Below, piece by piece: positions 30,493-38,807 of a stretch of DNA of 64,000 nt. Below the pieces are notes generated by a model, which did not search any database, was not told the DNA's origin, and saw only the letters and a program-made list of their open reading frames with translations. The translations under genes were made by a program, and so were the position numbers. Source of the stretch: Candidatus Binatia bacterium (lineage in GTDB: Bacteria; Desulfobacterota; Binatia; HRBIN30); contig JBIOJG010000022.1 of the NCBI GenBank assembly GCA_044450645.1, forward strand, positions 15,205 through 79,204. The letters run 5' to 3'. Each line of letters begins with the position of its first letter. Within the stretch, counting starts at the first letter, position 1.

Positions 30493-31659
30493 ATGACGCC
30501 ATTTGCCGGCGTTGACTATTACGGCTTGGACGAGCTGCTGACCGATGAAGAACGGATGATCCGCAAAACCGTGCGTGATTTCGTCGAACGCGAGGCACTC
30601 CCGAGCATCGAAGAGCACCATTCGCGGGAGACCTTCCCCCGGCACCTGATCCCGCGCATGGCAGCACTCGGCCTCTTCGGCGCAAATCTGAAAGGCTACG
30701 GTTGTGCCGGCTTCAACAACATCTCGTACGGGATCATTTGCCAGGAACTCGAACGCGGCGACAGCGGCCTGCGGTCGATGGTGTCCGTGCAGGGGTCATT
30801 GTGCATGCACCCGATCCACGCCTTCGGTTCGGAGGCGCAGAAGCAGCGCTGGCTGCCGCAGATGGCGGCGGGCAAGGCCATCGGCTGCTTCGGTCTGACC
30901 GAGCCGGATCACGGCTCGGATCCGGGCAGCATGGAAACCCGCGCTCGTACCGACGGCAACCAGTTCATCCTGACCGGCGTGAAGCGCTGGATCACCAACG
31001 GCAGCATCGCCGACATCGCCATCGTCTGGGCCAAAACCGACGAAGGCATCCGCGGCTTCCTGGTCGAGAAGGGCACGCCGGGGTTCGAGGCCCATGACAT
31101 CAAAGGAAAGTTCTCTCTCCGCGCTTCGATCACGTCGGAGCTTGTGCTCGACGATGTTCGCGTTCCCCGGGAAAACATGTTCCCCAACGTCGTGGGGTTG
31201 AAGGGCCCGTTCTCCTGCCTGAATCAAGCGCGCTACGGCATCGTCTGGGGAGCGATCGGAGCGGCCATGGGCTGCTATCACACCGCGCTCCAGTACGCGC
31301 AAGACCGACGGCAGTTCGATCGGCCGCTGGCGGGCTACCAGCTCGTGCAACAGAAGCTCGTCCACATGGTAACCGAGATCACCAAAGGACAGTTGCTGGC
31401 CTACCGGTTGGGGCAGTTGAAAGATCTCGGCAAGGCTCGGCCCGAACAGATCTCCCTGGCCAAGCGCAATAACGTCGGGCAGGCCCTGGAAATCGCTCGC
31501 CTGGCACGGGATATTCTCGGTGCCAACGGCATCGTCAACGACTACCCGGTGATCCGCCACATGCTGAACCTCGAGACGGTGAACACCTACGAAGGCACGT
31601 ACGACATGCACACCTTGATCGTTGGCCGCGACATCACCGGTCAGGACGCGATTCGGTGA
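30493..31659 (+). CDS. Acyl-CoA dehydrogenase (glutaryl-CoA dehydrogenase-like)
   Basis: ACAD fold with GcdH-like motifs (GCFGLTEPDHGSDPGSMETRA; YEGTYDMHTLIVGRDITG). Confidence 0.85.
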   Translation: MTPFAGVDYYGLDELLTDEERMIRKTVRDFVEREALPSIEEHHSRETFPRHLIPRMAALGLFGANLKGYGCAGFNNISYGIICQELERGDSGLRSMVSVQGSLCMHPIHAFGSEAQKQRWLPQMAAGKAIGCFGLTEPDHGSDPGSMETRARTDGNQFILTGVKRWITNGSIADIAIVWAKTDEGIRGFLVEKGTPGFEAHDIKGKFSLRASITSELVLDDVRVPRENMFPNVVGLKGPFSCLNQARYGIVWGAIGAAMGCYHTALQYAQDRRQFDRPLAGYQLVQQKLVHMVTEITKGQLLAYRLGQLKDLGKARPEQISLAKRNNVGQALEIARLARDILGANGIVNDYPVIRHMLNLETVNTYEGTYDMHTLIVGRDITGQDAIR

Positions 31660-31681
31660 GGAAGCGGGCAGCAATCAACTG

Positions 31682-31696
31682 CCGGCTTTCAGCCGG
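31682..31696 (+). terminator. Short GC hairpin (CCGGCT-ttc-AGCCGG) 23 nt after the acyl-CoA dehydrogenase stop
   Basis: Seen in sequence. It has no strong U-tract, so this is a weak terminator call. Confidence 0.3.
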
Positions 31697-31789
31697 AGAG
31701 TTCTTGGACCGACGACCTGATCTTTAGCCCGGGCTCTTGAGTCATCGACCTTTTTCTGTCGAAGCTGATCGCGGAAAGTTGACAGCTGA

Positions 31790-32104
31790 ATGCTTTTGTC
31801 CGTCAAATCACAGCGGCTCCTGAAGGATCTCGGCGTCATCACCGCCTTCGAGCATGGCGAGCAGTTGGTGCTGGTTGGACGCACGTACGAACTGCGCAAG
31901 GATCCAGGCGTCAGAGTACGCCTGGCGTTCCTGCACGACCCCGACGGACGGCTCTGTGTCGGCTATGCAGAGGACAGCGATGGTTGGCACGCCGTTGAAT
32001 TCGAGCCATTCTCCTTGCGTGCTTTCGGGTACTACCAGCGCCGCGTCAAGCGTATCGGCGACGTCATCGAGGCAGGCCTCGGGCACGGGAGCACGAAATC
32101 GTGA
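31790..32104 (+). CDS. Small hypothetical protein (104 aa) immediately upstream of the DGQHR gene
   Basis: GC3-rich ORF on the same strand, 133 nt upstream of the DGQHR gene. No recognised motif. Confidence 0.3.
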   Translation: MLLSVKSQRLLKDLGVITAFEHGEQLVLVGRTYELRKDPGVRVRLAFLHDPDGRLCVGYAEDSDGWHAVEFEPFSLRAFGYYQRRVKRIGDVIEAGLGHGSTKS

Positions 32105-32237
32105 GAGCGTGGGCCCGCGAAAACGCCTTTGTCGCTCGCGCGTCTCCGCACCCAGCTCTACCGGGGTTGACCCAGACCCGATGCGTCAATAAGACTCTCC
32201 TCGCTGTCGGAGAGCGAAGGACGAGAGGGGGGGCGCG

Positions 32238-33377
32238 ATGATCACAGTGCCGGCGATGCGGTTGCACCAGTTCGGGGTGTATTTCTATCAGGCTATCCTC
32301 AGCGTGCGTGACGTGCAGAAGCTCGTGCGCTTCGAGGTGCTGAGCTACAGCGGCGACGGTCGCACCCATGGGAAGCGGCCGCTCAAGACCCAGCGCGCCG
32401 GGAAGATCAACTGGGACGTGCTCGAGCAGAAGATCGCGCAGAGCGAGGAGGCCTTCCAGCGGCCGGTGATCCAGAAGAAGATCGCCGAGCTGATGGATTA
32501 CTACCTGCAGTGCGCCGAAGTGCAGAACCTCCCGGCCATCCCCGGTGCGGTCCTGCTCACGTGCGATCGGCGGCTCGAATTCGTACCCATTAGCTCGCAC
32601 CGCATCCTCGGCGTGTTGCAGCTGCCTCCGGACGAAGGCTCGCTGCGCGCCCTCGATGGCCAGCACCGGCTCCTCGCGCTGCACCAGCTGGCGCAAGAGC
32701 ATCCGGCCGAAGACGTGCAGGTACCGGCGGTGATCTTCGACCGGCTAGCTCCGGACCAGATCGTCGAGCTGTTCGTCACCATCAACGCCAAGCACACCAA
32801 GCTCAACCCCTCGCACCTGATCTCGCTCTCCGGCCGGCGCCTCTATCCCGATGCGGACCTGGCCATCAGCCATGACATCGTGCGCGCGCTGAGCGAGGAC
32901 AGCAATTCCCCTTTGTACCGGGAGATCAAGCTCTTCGGCGTTGGCCACGGCCGCGTCGCCCAGGCACCGCTGGCGGAAGAGTTGAAGAGCGTGATGGCGG
33001 CCCTCGACGCCTTCGGCGGCGGCAAGCAGGCCGACGACTTCCGCGAGCACGCGACCCGCCTCTTCCTCAACTACTTCAAGCAAATCGCCAAGGTGTTCCC
33101 GAAAGCGTGGAACGGTAAGCGCTACAGCATCAAGACGGCTGCCGCGTTGCGGGCGTTTCTGCGCGTGGTGCCCGACGTGCTCTCCACCATCCGGAAATCT
33201 GGCGGCGATCCGTTCGAAGCCTCGGCGATTGCCAACGTCATCGGCCTCTGGGGTGAGTACATCGGCGACGCCCGTTTCGAGACCGACGGCGAATGGCGTC
33301 AGAAGCTCGCCGGCGGCACGCGCGGCACCGTCGACGTGCTCGCCCGCGAGTTGCGTTCAGCGTTGCGGACGCCATGA
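32238..33377 (+). CDS. DGQHR domain-containing protein (DndB-like, ParB/sulfiredoxin superfamily)
   Basis: Literal DGQHR motif in RALDGQHRLLALHQLA. The context AVIFDRLAPDQIVELFVTINAKHTKLNPSHLISL resembles DndB-type proteins. Confidence 0.7.
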   Translation: MITVPAMRLHQFGVYFYQAILSVRDVQKLVRFEVLSYSGDGRTHGKRPLKTQRAGKINWDVLEQKIAQSEEAFQRPVIQKKIAELMDYYLQCAEVQNLPAIPGAVLLTCDRRLEFVPISSHRILGVLQLPPDEGSLRALDGQHRLLALHQLAQEHPAEDVQVPAVIFDRLAPDQIVELFVTINAKHTKLNPSHLISLSGRRLYPDADLAISHDIVRALSEDSNSPLYREIKLFGVGHGRVAQAPLAEELKSVMAALDAFGGGKQADDFREHATRLFLNYFKQIAKVFPKAWNGKRYSIKTAAALRAFLRVVPDVLSTIRKSGGDPFEASAIANVIGLWGEYIGDARFETDGEWRQKLAGGTRGTVDVLARELRSALRTP

Positions 33378-33450
33378 GAAGCACTGAGTGCCTCGGTGAG
33401 GACTAGCGGGCGATGCAAACCGAGGTTGCGCTCACTGCCGTAAACGCTTC

Positions 33451-34707
33451 ATGAGTCCCAAAGCGATGCGCGCCGGGCGCCCGCCGGCCGTCGCACCTCG
33501 GGCAGTAGCTGCGGAGCGGACAAACCAACGCAACGCGCTTCTGGCCAGCTTTCTCGGCTGGACCCTCGACGCCTTCGACTTTTTCGTCCTCGTGATGGTG
33601 TTGGATGCCGTAGCCGACACCTACCACCGCACGCGTCCTGAAATTGCGCTCACCCTGACCGCCAGCCTGGCCATGCGTCCGGTGGGCGCGCTGCTTTTTG
33701 GACTCATGGCGGATCGCTACGGCCGGCGCTTGCCCCTGATGCTCGACCTCATCTTCTACGCCGCCGTCGAAGTCCTGTCCGGTCTGGCGCCGAACTACAC
33801 CACATTCCTCGTTCTTCGGCTGTTGTTCGGTATCGGCATGGGCGGCGAATGGGGCGTTGGCGCTTCACTGGCCATGGAGTCGGTCTCGCCCAAGTGGCGC
33901 GGCGTCCTGTCCGGCGTGCTGCAGGAAGGGTACGCCCTCGGTTACTTGCTGGCCGCGATCGCCTACTTCACGGTGTTTCCACATCTCGGCTGGCGGGCGA
34001 TGTTCTTCATCGGTGGCCTGCCCGCGTTGCTGTCGCTCTTCGTGCGCGCGAAGGTCAAGGAATCGGACGCGTGGCACGAGCACAAGATGGCCGATTGGGG
34101 AAGTTACCGGCGGGCAATCGGCAACCACTGGCGCTTGTTCCTGTATCTCGTGCTGCTAATGGCCATGATGAATTTGATCTCCCATGGCACGCAGGACATG
34201 TATCCGACCTTCCTGCGGCAGCAACGGCACTTCAGCCCGCAGCAGACGGCGAGCATCACGATCGTCTCGATGATCGGCGCCGTTGCTGGCGGGATTTTGT
34301 TTGGCTTGTTTTCCGACCGTGGCGGCAGGCGCCGCGCCATGACGACCGCGGCGCTGTGCGGCGTATTGGTGGTGCCGCTCTGGGTCTTTGCACCGAGCAC
34401 ACCGCTCATTGTGGCGGGCGCCTTCCTGATGCAATTCATGGTACAGGGTGCGTGGGGTGTGATTCCGGCGCACCTCAACGAACTGTCGCCCGGACCGCTG
34501 CGCGGGTTCTTCCCCGGCTTCGCCTACCAGCTCGGGGTCTTGTCAGCGTCGAGTATCACGTACATCGAAGCCGTGCTGGGTGAGCACTTCACCTACGCGC
34601 AGGCCATGGGGATCCTGGCCGCCGGCATGCTGCTGATCGCCGCCCTGGTGATCGGGTTGGGCCCCGAGGCCAAGGGCGTGTCGTTCCGGAAAGAGGGCCG
34701 GCTGTGA
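33451..34707 (+). CDS. MFS transporter
   Basis: Twelve predicted TM helices. MFS loop motifs (GLMADRYGRRLPLML; GLFSDRGGRRRAM). Confidence 0.8.
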   Translation: MSPKAMRAGRPPAVAPRAVAAERTNQRNALLASFLGWTLDAFDFFVLVMVLDAVADTYHRTRPEIALTLTASLAMRPVGALLFGLMADRYGRRLPLMLDLIFYAAVEVLSGLAPNYTTFLVLRLLFGIGMGGEWGVGASLAMESVSPKWRGVLSGVLQEGYALGYLLAAIAYFTVFPHLGWRAMFFIGGLPALLSLFVRAKVKESDAWHEHKMADWGSYRRAIGNHWRLFLYLVLLMAMMNLISHGTQDMYPTFLRQQRHFSPQQTASITIVSMIGAVAGGILFGLFSDRGGRRRAMTTAALCGVLVVPLWVFAPSTPLIVAGAFLMQFMVQGAWGVIPAHLNELSPGPLRGFFPGFAYQLGVLSASSITYIEAVLGEHFTYAQAMGILAAGMLLIAALVIGLGPEAKGVSFRKEGRL

Positions 34708-34750
34708 GCGGCTCATCGCACAAACAGACTCGGCGACCGCGGCCCAGGGC

Positions 34751-36346
34751 TCACACCTTCTTCCGCTTCTTCCCGATGTAATCGACCAGCAGGTACTCGC
34801 CCAGATGGTCGGGGCGGGTGTAGAGCGCTCGGCCTTTGTTGATGCGGGTCATGCGCTCGACGAAGGCGCGCAGGCTGGCACTGGCGTCGAGCATGAAGGT
34901 GTTGATGACGATGCCCTTGCGGGTGACGCGCTCGACCTCCTTCAGCGTCTCCTGGGCCGCACGCATGCTGATACCGCCGAACGACAGCGGCCACTCACAG
35001 TACAACCGGCCGCGCGAGAAATAGGCCGTCGGCTGGCCGTCGGTAATGATGATGATGTGCTGGTTGTTGCTCGGGTGGCGGCTCAGGAGCTCACGGGCCA
35101 GACGCAGCCCGTCCTGCAGGTTGGTGAACGGATCTCCCATATTCCAACTCGCTTCCGGCAGATCCTTCAGCTTCAGCTCGACGGCCCGCGTGAAGAAGCC
35201 GACGATAGAGAAGTAATCCCGTGGATAGCGCGACCGGATCAGGCTCTCCATCGCCATGGCCACCTTCTTCGCAGCCGCGAAGCGCCCCTCCCAGCTCATC
35301 GACCAGCTCATATCGAGCAAGAGGACGGTGGAGGTGCTGGTGGCGTAATCGGTGGCGAAGACCTCGAAGTCGCTGGGACGGATCTCTAGCGGCGCGCCTG
35401 CCCGCCGCGGCAAGGCCTTTTTCAGCGTACCGACCAGGTCGAGATTCAACGGGTCGCCGTACTGATAACTCTTCGTGGCATCGGGCCGCACCTCATGAAT
35501 GCCCCGATGATCCGACTGATGGCTACCGGGACGGTCCCGCAGCAGACCCTGGTAAATGTCGCGCAGCGCCAACTGCCCGATCTTGCGCACCCCTTTCGGC
35601 GATAACCGAACACTGCCCTCTTTGCTCGTCAGGTACCCGGCCTGCGTGAGCAGCAGCACCATTTGCTGCAGGTTGCGGAATTCCTGCAGCCCTTGTTGCC
35701 CGAGCAGTGCACTCAGCTCGTCGAGATCGATCCGCTCGAAGTCGCCCGCGAGCAGTTGCTCTTCGAGTTTCTTGAGCCGATCCACTTCCCGCATCAGGTT
35801 CAGCGCCTCGTCGTAGCTGAGCGATTTTGGGCCGTGGAACAGGTCCCCGTACCGGCGCCGGAATTCCTCCAGGTCCTTCAGGTTCTGCAATTCCTCGAGC
35901 AGATTCTCGAACTCCTGACGCGCCTGGGCATCTTCGAACGCATACTGCCGCAGCCGCTCCAGCGCCTCCGACAGCCGGTGCGGCAGGCGGTCGAGAAAAT
36001 CGAGCTTGTCCTTCAGGGCAGGGTGCGAGGCGCGTCTTTCTTCCACCTGGTCGCGTTCGAGGTCGACCGCTTCCTCTAAGCGCTGGCGGATGTCGTCGAA
36101 GGCGTTGTTGAGATTGAAATCGCGATAGCGCTGGCGGAGTTGGTCACGAACTTCTTCCAGGAAGTCATCCAGGCCCATAACGCGCGTGTCGTCCCACTCC
36201 GCGCCCTGACGCATGAGCCATTCGAGGGCTTGCTGCACGTCGTCCGTAAAGGAGAGGTACTCGGACAGCTTCTCGAACACCTGCTCGGCGTTCAGCCGGA
36301 CACGCTGACTGCCGTCCCACTGCGTGTAGCGGATTGAAATTGGCAT
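34751..36346 (-). CDS. von Willebrand factor A (VWA) domain protein with a long N-terminal helical/coiled-coil region
   Basis: C-terminal VWA with MIDAS motif DMSWSM...(T)DGQPT. N-terminal ~300 aa rich in charged heptads. Downstream partner of the ChlI-like ATPase. Confidence 0.75.
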   Translation of the reverse strand: MPISIRYTQWDGSQRVRLNAEQVFEKLSEYLSFTDDVQQALEWLMRQGAEWDDTRVMGLDDFLEEVRDQLRQRYRDFNLNNAFDDIRQRLEEAVDLERDQVEERRASHPALKDKLDFLDRLPHRLSEALERLRQYAFEDAQARQEFENLLEELQNLKDLEEFRRRYGDLFHGPKSLSYDEALNLMREVDRLKKLEEQLLAGDFERIDLDELSALLGQQGLQEFRNLQQMVLLLTQAGYLTSKEGSVRLSPKGVRKIGQLALRDIYQGLLRDRPGSHQSDHRGIHEVRPDATKSYQYGDPLNLDLVGTLKKALPRRAGAPLEIRPSDFEVFATDYATSTSTVLLLDMSWSMSWEGRFAAAKKVAMAMESLIRSRYPRDYFSIVGFFTRAVELKLKDLPEASWNMGDPFTNLQDGLRLARELLSRHPSNNQHIIIITDGQPTAYFSRGRLYCEWPLSFGGISMRAAQETLKEVERVTRKGIVINTFMLDASASLRAFVERMTRINKGRALYTRPDHLGEYLLVDYIGKKRKKV

Positions 36347-36478
36347 ATCGCGTATGGCCTATGGCTTATGGCCAGAGAAGCCCAAGGTCGCCGATTGCTT
36401 ATGGCCTATAGCGTAAGGCCGAGAAGGTCGCTGCGAACGATTCGGTCTCTTGCCATACGCCATACGCGCCTTCATCCC
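36347..36478 (-). repeat. Intergenic spacer carrying heptamer (C/T)TATGGC direct repeats and a 16-nt inverted repeat
   Basis: cgcgTATGGCcTATGGCtTATGGCc (36349-36373), cTTATGGCCTATagcgtaaggcc (36399-36420), and inverted GCCATACGCCATACGCgc (36453-36470). The outer copies can pair into a ~115-nt stem-loop. Confidence 0.5.
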
Positions 36479-37876
36479 TCACGCCCGAAACGTATAGCGG
36501 CCGCCTTCGCGGTCCTTGTTGAGCTTCTGATGCAGGTGCAGCCCTTCCAGAATGAACTCCGTGGCCGCGGCGATGAAACTGGGACTCTCGACCCCTCCCA
36601 GAACCCGGATAGCTTCCCGCAGACCCGCCATGGCGCGCACACCGTCGAGGTATTCCTCCGCCGGCATCATGTCCGAGACCTCCACGCCCCAACCTTTCTC
36701 GAAGTAGTCGACAACGTCCTTGAGATCATCGAGTCTCAGGAGCTTGTCGAACACCTTGAGCACGGCACGATTGAGCAGCCGTTCGATCAACTCGTCACCC
36801 TTTTTTTCCTCGCCCGCGTACTCCAGCTCGATCTTGCCGGCAGTCGAAGCCACCAACGCGTGCAGGTCGCTGATGCGCGGCACGATCTCCCGTTCCCTCA
36901 GCCGCACGGAGCGTTTCTCCGCGTTGCTGATCAGGCTCTCGTAGTTGTTGATGGTCACGCGCACACTCACACCCGACGCCTGGTTGATCTCGGGGCAGGC
37001 GCGCGCCTCGAAGGTGAACTGGGCAAGGATCTCCTTCATGAATTCGGGCATGCCGACGACGCGGTCAAAACGCTCCAAGACCGGCACTTCCTGCTCCATG
37101 ATCGCGATTTCATCGCCCAATGCGCGTGGGTAGTGGGTGCGGATCTGCACATCGAAGCGATCTTTCAGCGGCGTGATGATGCGACCGCGACTGGTGTAGT
37201 CCTCGGGATTGGCACTGGCGACGATGACGATATCGAGCGGCAGGCGGATCTTGTAGCCCTTGATCTGGACGTCCTTCTCCTCCATGAGGTTGAAGAGCCC
37301 CACCTGAACCTTTTCCGTCAAATCCGGCAGCTCGTTGATGGCAAAAATGCCGCGGTTGGTACGTGGGATGATGCCGTAGTGAATCGTTTCTTCATCCGCC
37401 AAGTAGCGGCCTTCGGCAACCTTGATGGGATCGATCTCGCCGATCAAATCGGCGATCGACACGTCCGGTGTAGCAAGCTTCTCACCGTATCGGGAGTCGG
37501 GAGTGATCCAGGCAATGGGTAGGTCGTCGCCCTGTTCAGCCAGACGGCGGCGGCATTCTTTGCAAATCGGCTCCAAGGGGTTGTCGTTGATGGCACAACC
37601 CAGCACCACCGGTGTCAGGGGATCGAGCAGTGAGGTGAGGCCGCGAATGATGCGTGATTTCGCCTGACCGCGCTCGCCCAAGAACACCATGTGGTGTCCG
37701 GCTAGGACGGCGTTCTCGATCTCCGGTAAGACCGTGTCGTCGAAGCCGATGATCCCCGGAAGAATGCGCTCATCGCGCCCCAGCTTCGCGAGCAAGTTGC
37801 GCCGCATTTCTTCACGCACCGGCAGCACCTGATGTCCGCTACGCTTGAGTTCGCCGAGCGTCCCTGTTCGCTGCAT
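36479..37876 (-). CDS. AAA+ ATPase, magnesium-chelatase ChlI/BchI-like (MoxR-related)
   Basis: Walker A MVFLGERGQAKSRIIRGLTSLLDP and Walker B/sensor regions (IFAINELPDL) of the ChlI type. ATG at 37876 follows an AGGTGG RBS; the GTG at 37894 is also possible. Confidence 0.75.
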   Translation of the reverse strand: MQRTGTLGELKRSGHQVLPVREEMRRNLLAKLGRDERILPGIIGFDDTVLPEIENAVLAGHHMVFLGERGQAKSRIIRGLTSLLDPLTPVVLGCAINDNPLEPICKECRRRLAEQGDDLPIAWITPDSRYGEKLATPDVSIADLIGEIDPIKVAEGRYLADEETIHYGIIPRTNRGIFAINELPDLTEKVQVGLFNLMEEKDVQIKGYKIRLPLDIVIVASANPEDYTSRGRIITPLKDRFDVQIRTHYPRALGDEIAIMEQEVPVLERFDRVVGMPEFMKEILAQFTFEARACPEINQASGVSVRVTINNYESLISNAEKRSVRLREREIVPRISDLHALVASTAGKIELEYAGEEKKGDELIERLLNRAVLKVFDKLLRLDDLKDVVDYFEKGWGVEVSDMMPAEEYLDGVRAMAGLREAIRVLGGVESPSFIAAATEFILEGLHLHQKLNKDREGGRYTFRA

Positions 37877-37926
37877 ACGCGATCCACCTTTCACACGTGC
37901 AGAAGCGCGAGTTGAATCGAATAATG

Positions 37927-37955
37927 ATTATATGGGCATCAATTCAGTGCGGCAA
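37927..37955 (-). promoter_or_regulatory. Sigma70-type promoter for the ATPase-VWA operon: -35 TTGCCG, 17-nt spacer, -10 TATAAT
   Basis: Read on the minus strand: TTGCCGcactgaattgatgcccaTATAAT, about 50 nt upstream of the ATPase start, in a short AT-rich gap. Confidence 0.4.
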
Positions 37956-37972
37956 CCGTCGTCGGGCCCAGG

Positions 37973-38458
37973 TCATAAAGCGACGGGCTCGAACAGGGGT
38001 TTCAGGCGGTCGTACATGGTTTCGAGATGCTCGGGAACGACCCGCACCTCGGCGAGCAGGGGCATAAAGTTGGTGTCGCCAACCCAGCGCGGCACGATAT
38101 GCCAATGCAGATGATCGGCCACACCGGCGCCGGCGGCGGCACCGAGGTTCATCCCCACGTTCATACCTTCCGCGTGCAAGGTCTCGCCGAGGACCGTGGC
38201 CGCCCGCCGCAAGGTATCCATCAAGGTGCGGAATTCCTCCGACGGCAATGCCCCGAGCTGTGCCGTGTGGCGTCGCGGGGCTACCAGCAGATGCCCGCTG
38301 ATGTACGGGAACTTGTTGAGCATGACGAGGGTCGGCTGTCGTGACAGCACGAGATGCCCTCGAAGGTCATCCGTTTCAATCGCGTTGCAGAAAATGCACC
38401 CAGGCGTTTTGGGCCCGCCCACATAGGCCATGCGCCAGGGCGCCCACAGGACCTGCAT
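37973..38458 (-). CDS. HIT family protein (Ap4A phosphorylase/ATP adenylyltransferase-like, Rv2613c-type)
   Basis: LWAPWRMAYV N-terminal motif and histidine triad HLHWHIVPRWVGDTNF. Confidence 0.8.
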   Translation of the reverse strand: MQVLWAPWRMAYVGGPKTPGCIFCNAIETDDLRGHLVLSRQPTLVMLNKFPYISGHLLVAPRRHTAQLGALPSEEFRTLMDTLRRAATVLGETLHAEGMNVGMNLGAAAGAGVADHLHWHIVPRWVGDTNFMPLLAEVRVVPEHLETMYDRLKPLFEPVAL

Positions 38459-38469
38459 GCGGCGCCGGC

Positions 38470-38787
38470 TCAGCTGCTCGCGGCCGTCAGCGCTTCGGCC
38501 TCACGCACTTTGCCGTCCACCCGCAGCCGCAGTTCCTTGCCGGCCTTGAAGAACGGGACCCGCTTTGCCGGCACGGAGACGACACGGCCGGTGCGCGGAT
38601 TACGCCCCTCGCGTCCCTGCCGCTGCTTGACAATGAAACTGCCAAAGCCGCGGATTTCGATGCGCCCACCGCCACGCAAGGTGCTGGCCATGCCGCTGAA
38701 CACCGAGTTCACAATGACCTCCGCATCGCGACGGGAATACCTTGGGTAGAGCTGGACCACCTCGTCGATCAGGTCGCGTTTGGTCAT
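38470..38787 (-). CDS. ihfB: Integration host factor subunit beta (HU/IHF family)
   Basis: MTKRDLIDEV...GGRIEIRGFGSF...RNPRTG. Sits in the conserved position after rpsA. Confidence 0.8.
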   Translation of the reverse strand: MTKRDLIDEVVQLYPRYSRRDAEVIVNSVFSGMASTLRGGGRIEIRGFGSFIVKQRQGREGRNPRTGRVVSVPAKRVPFFKAGKELRLRVDGKVREAEALTAASS

Positions 38788-38807
38788 GCGCGTGTCCTTA
38801 TCTGTTG

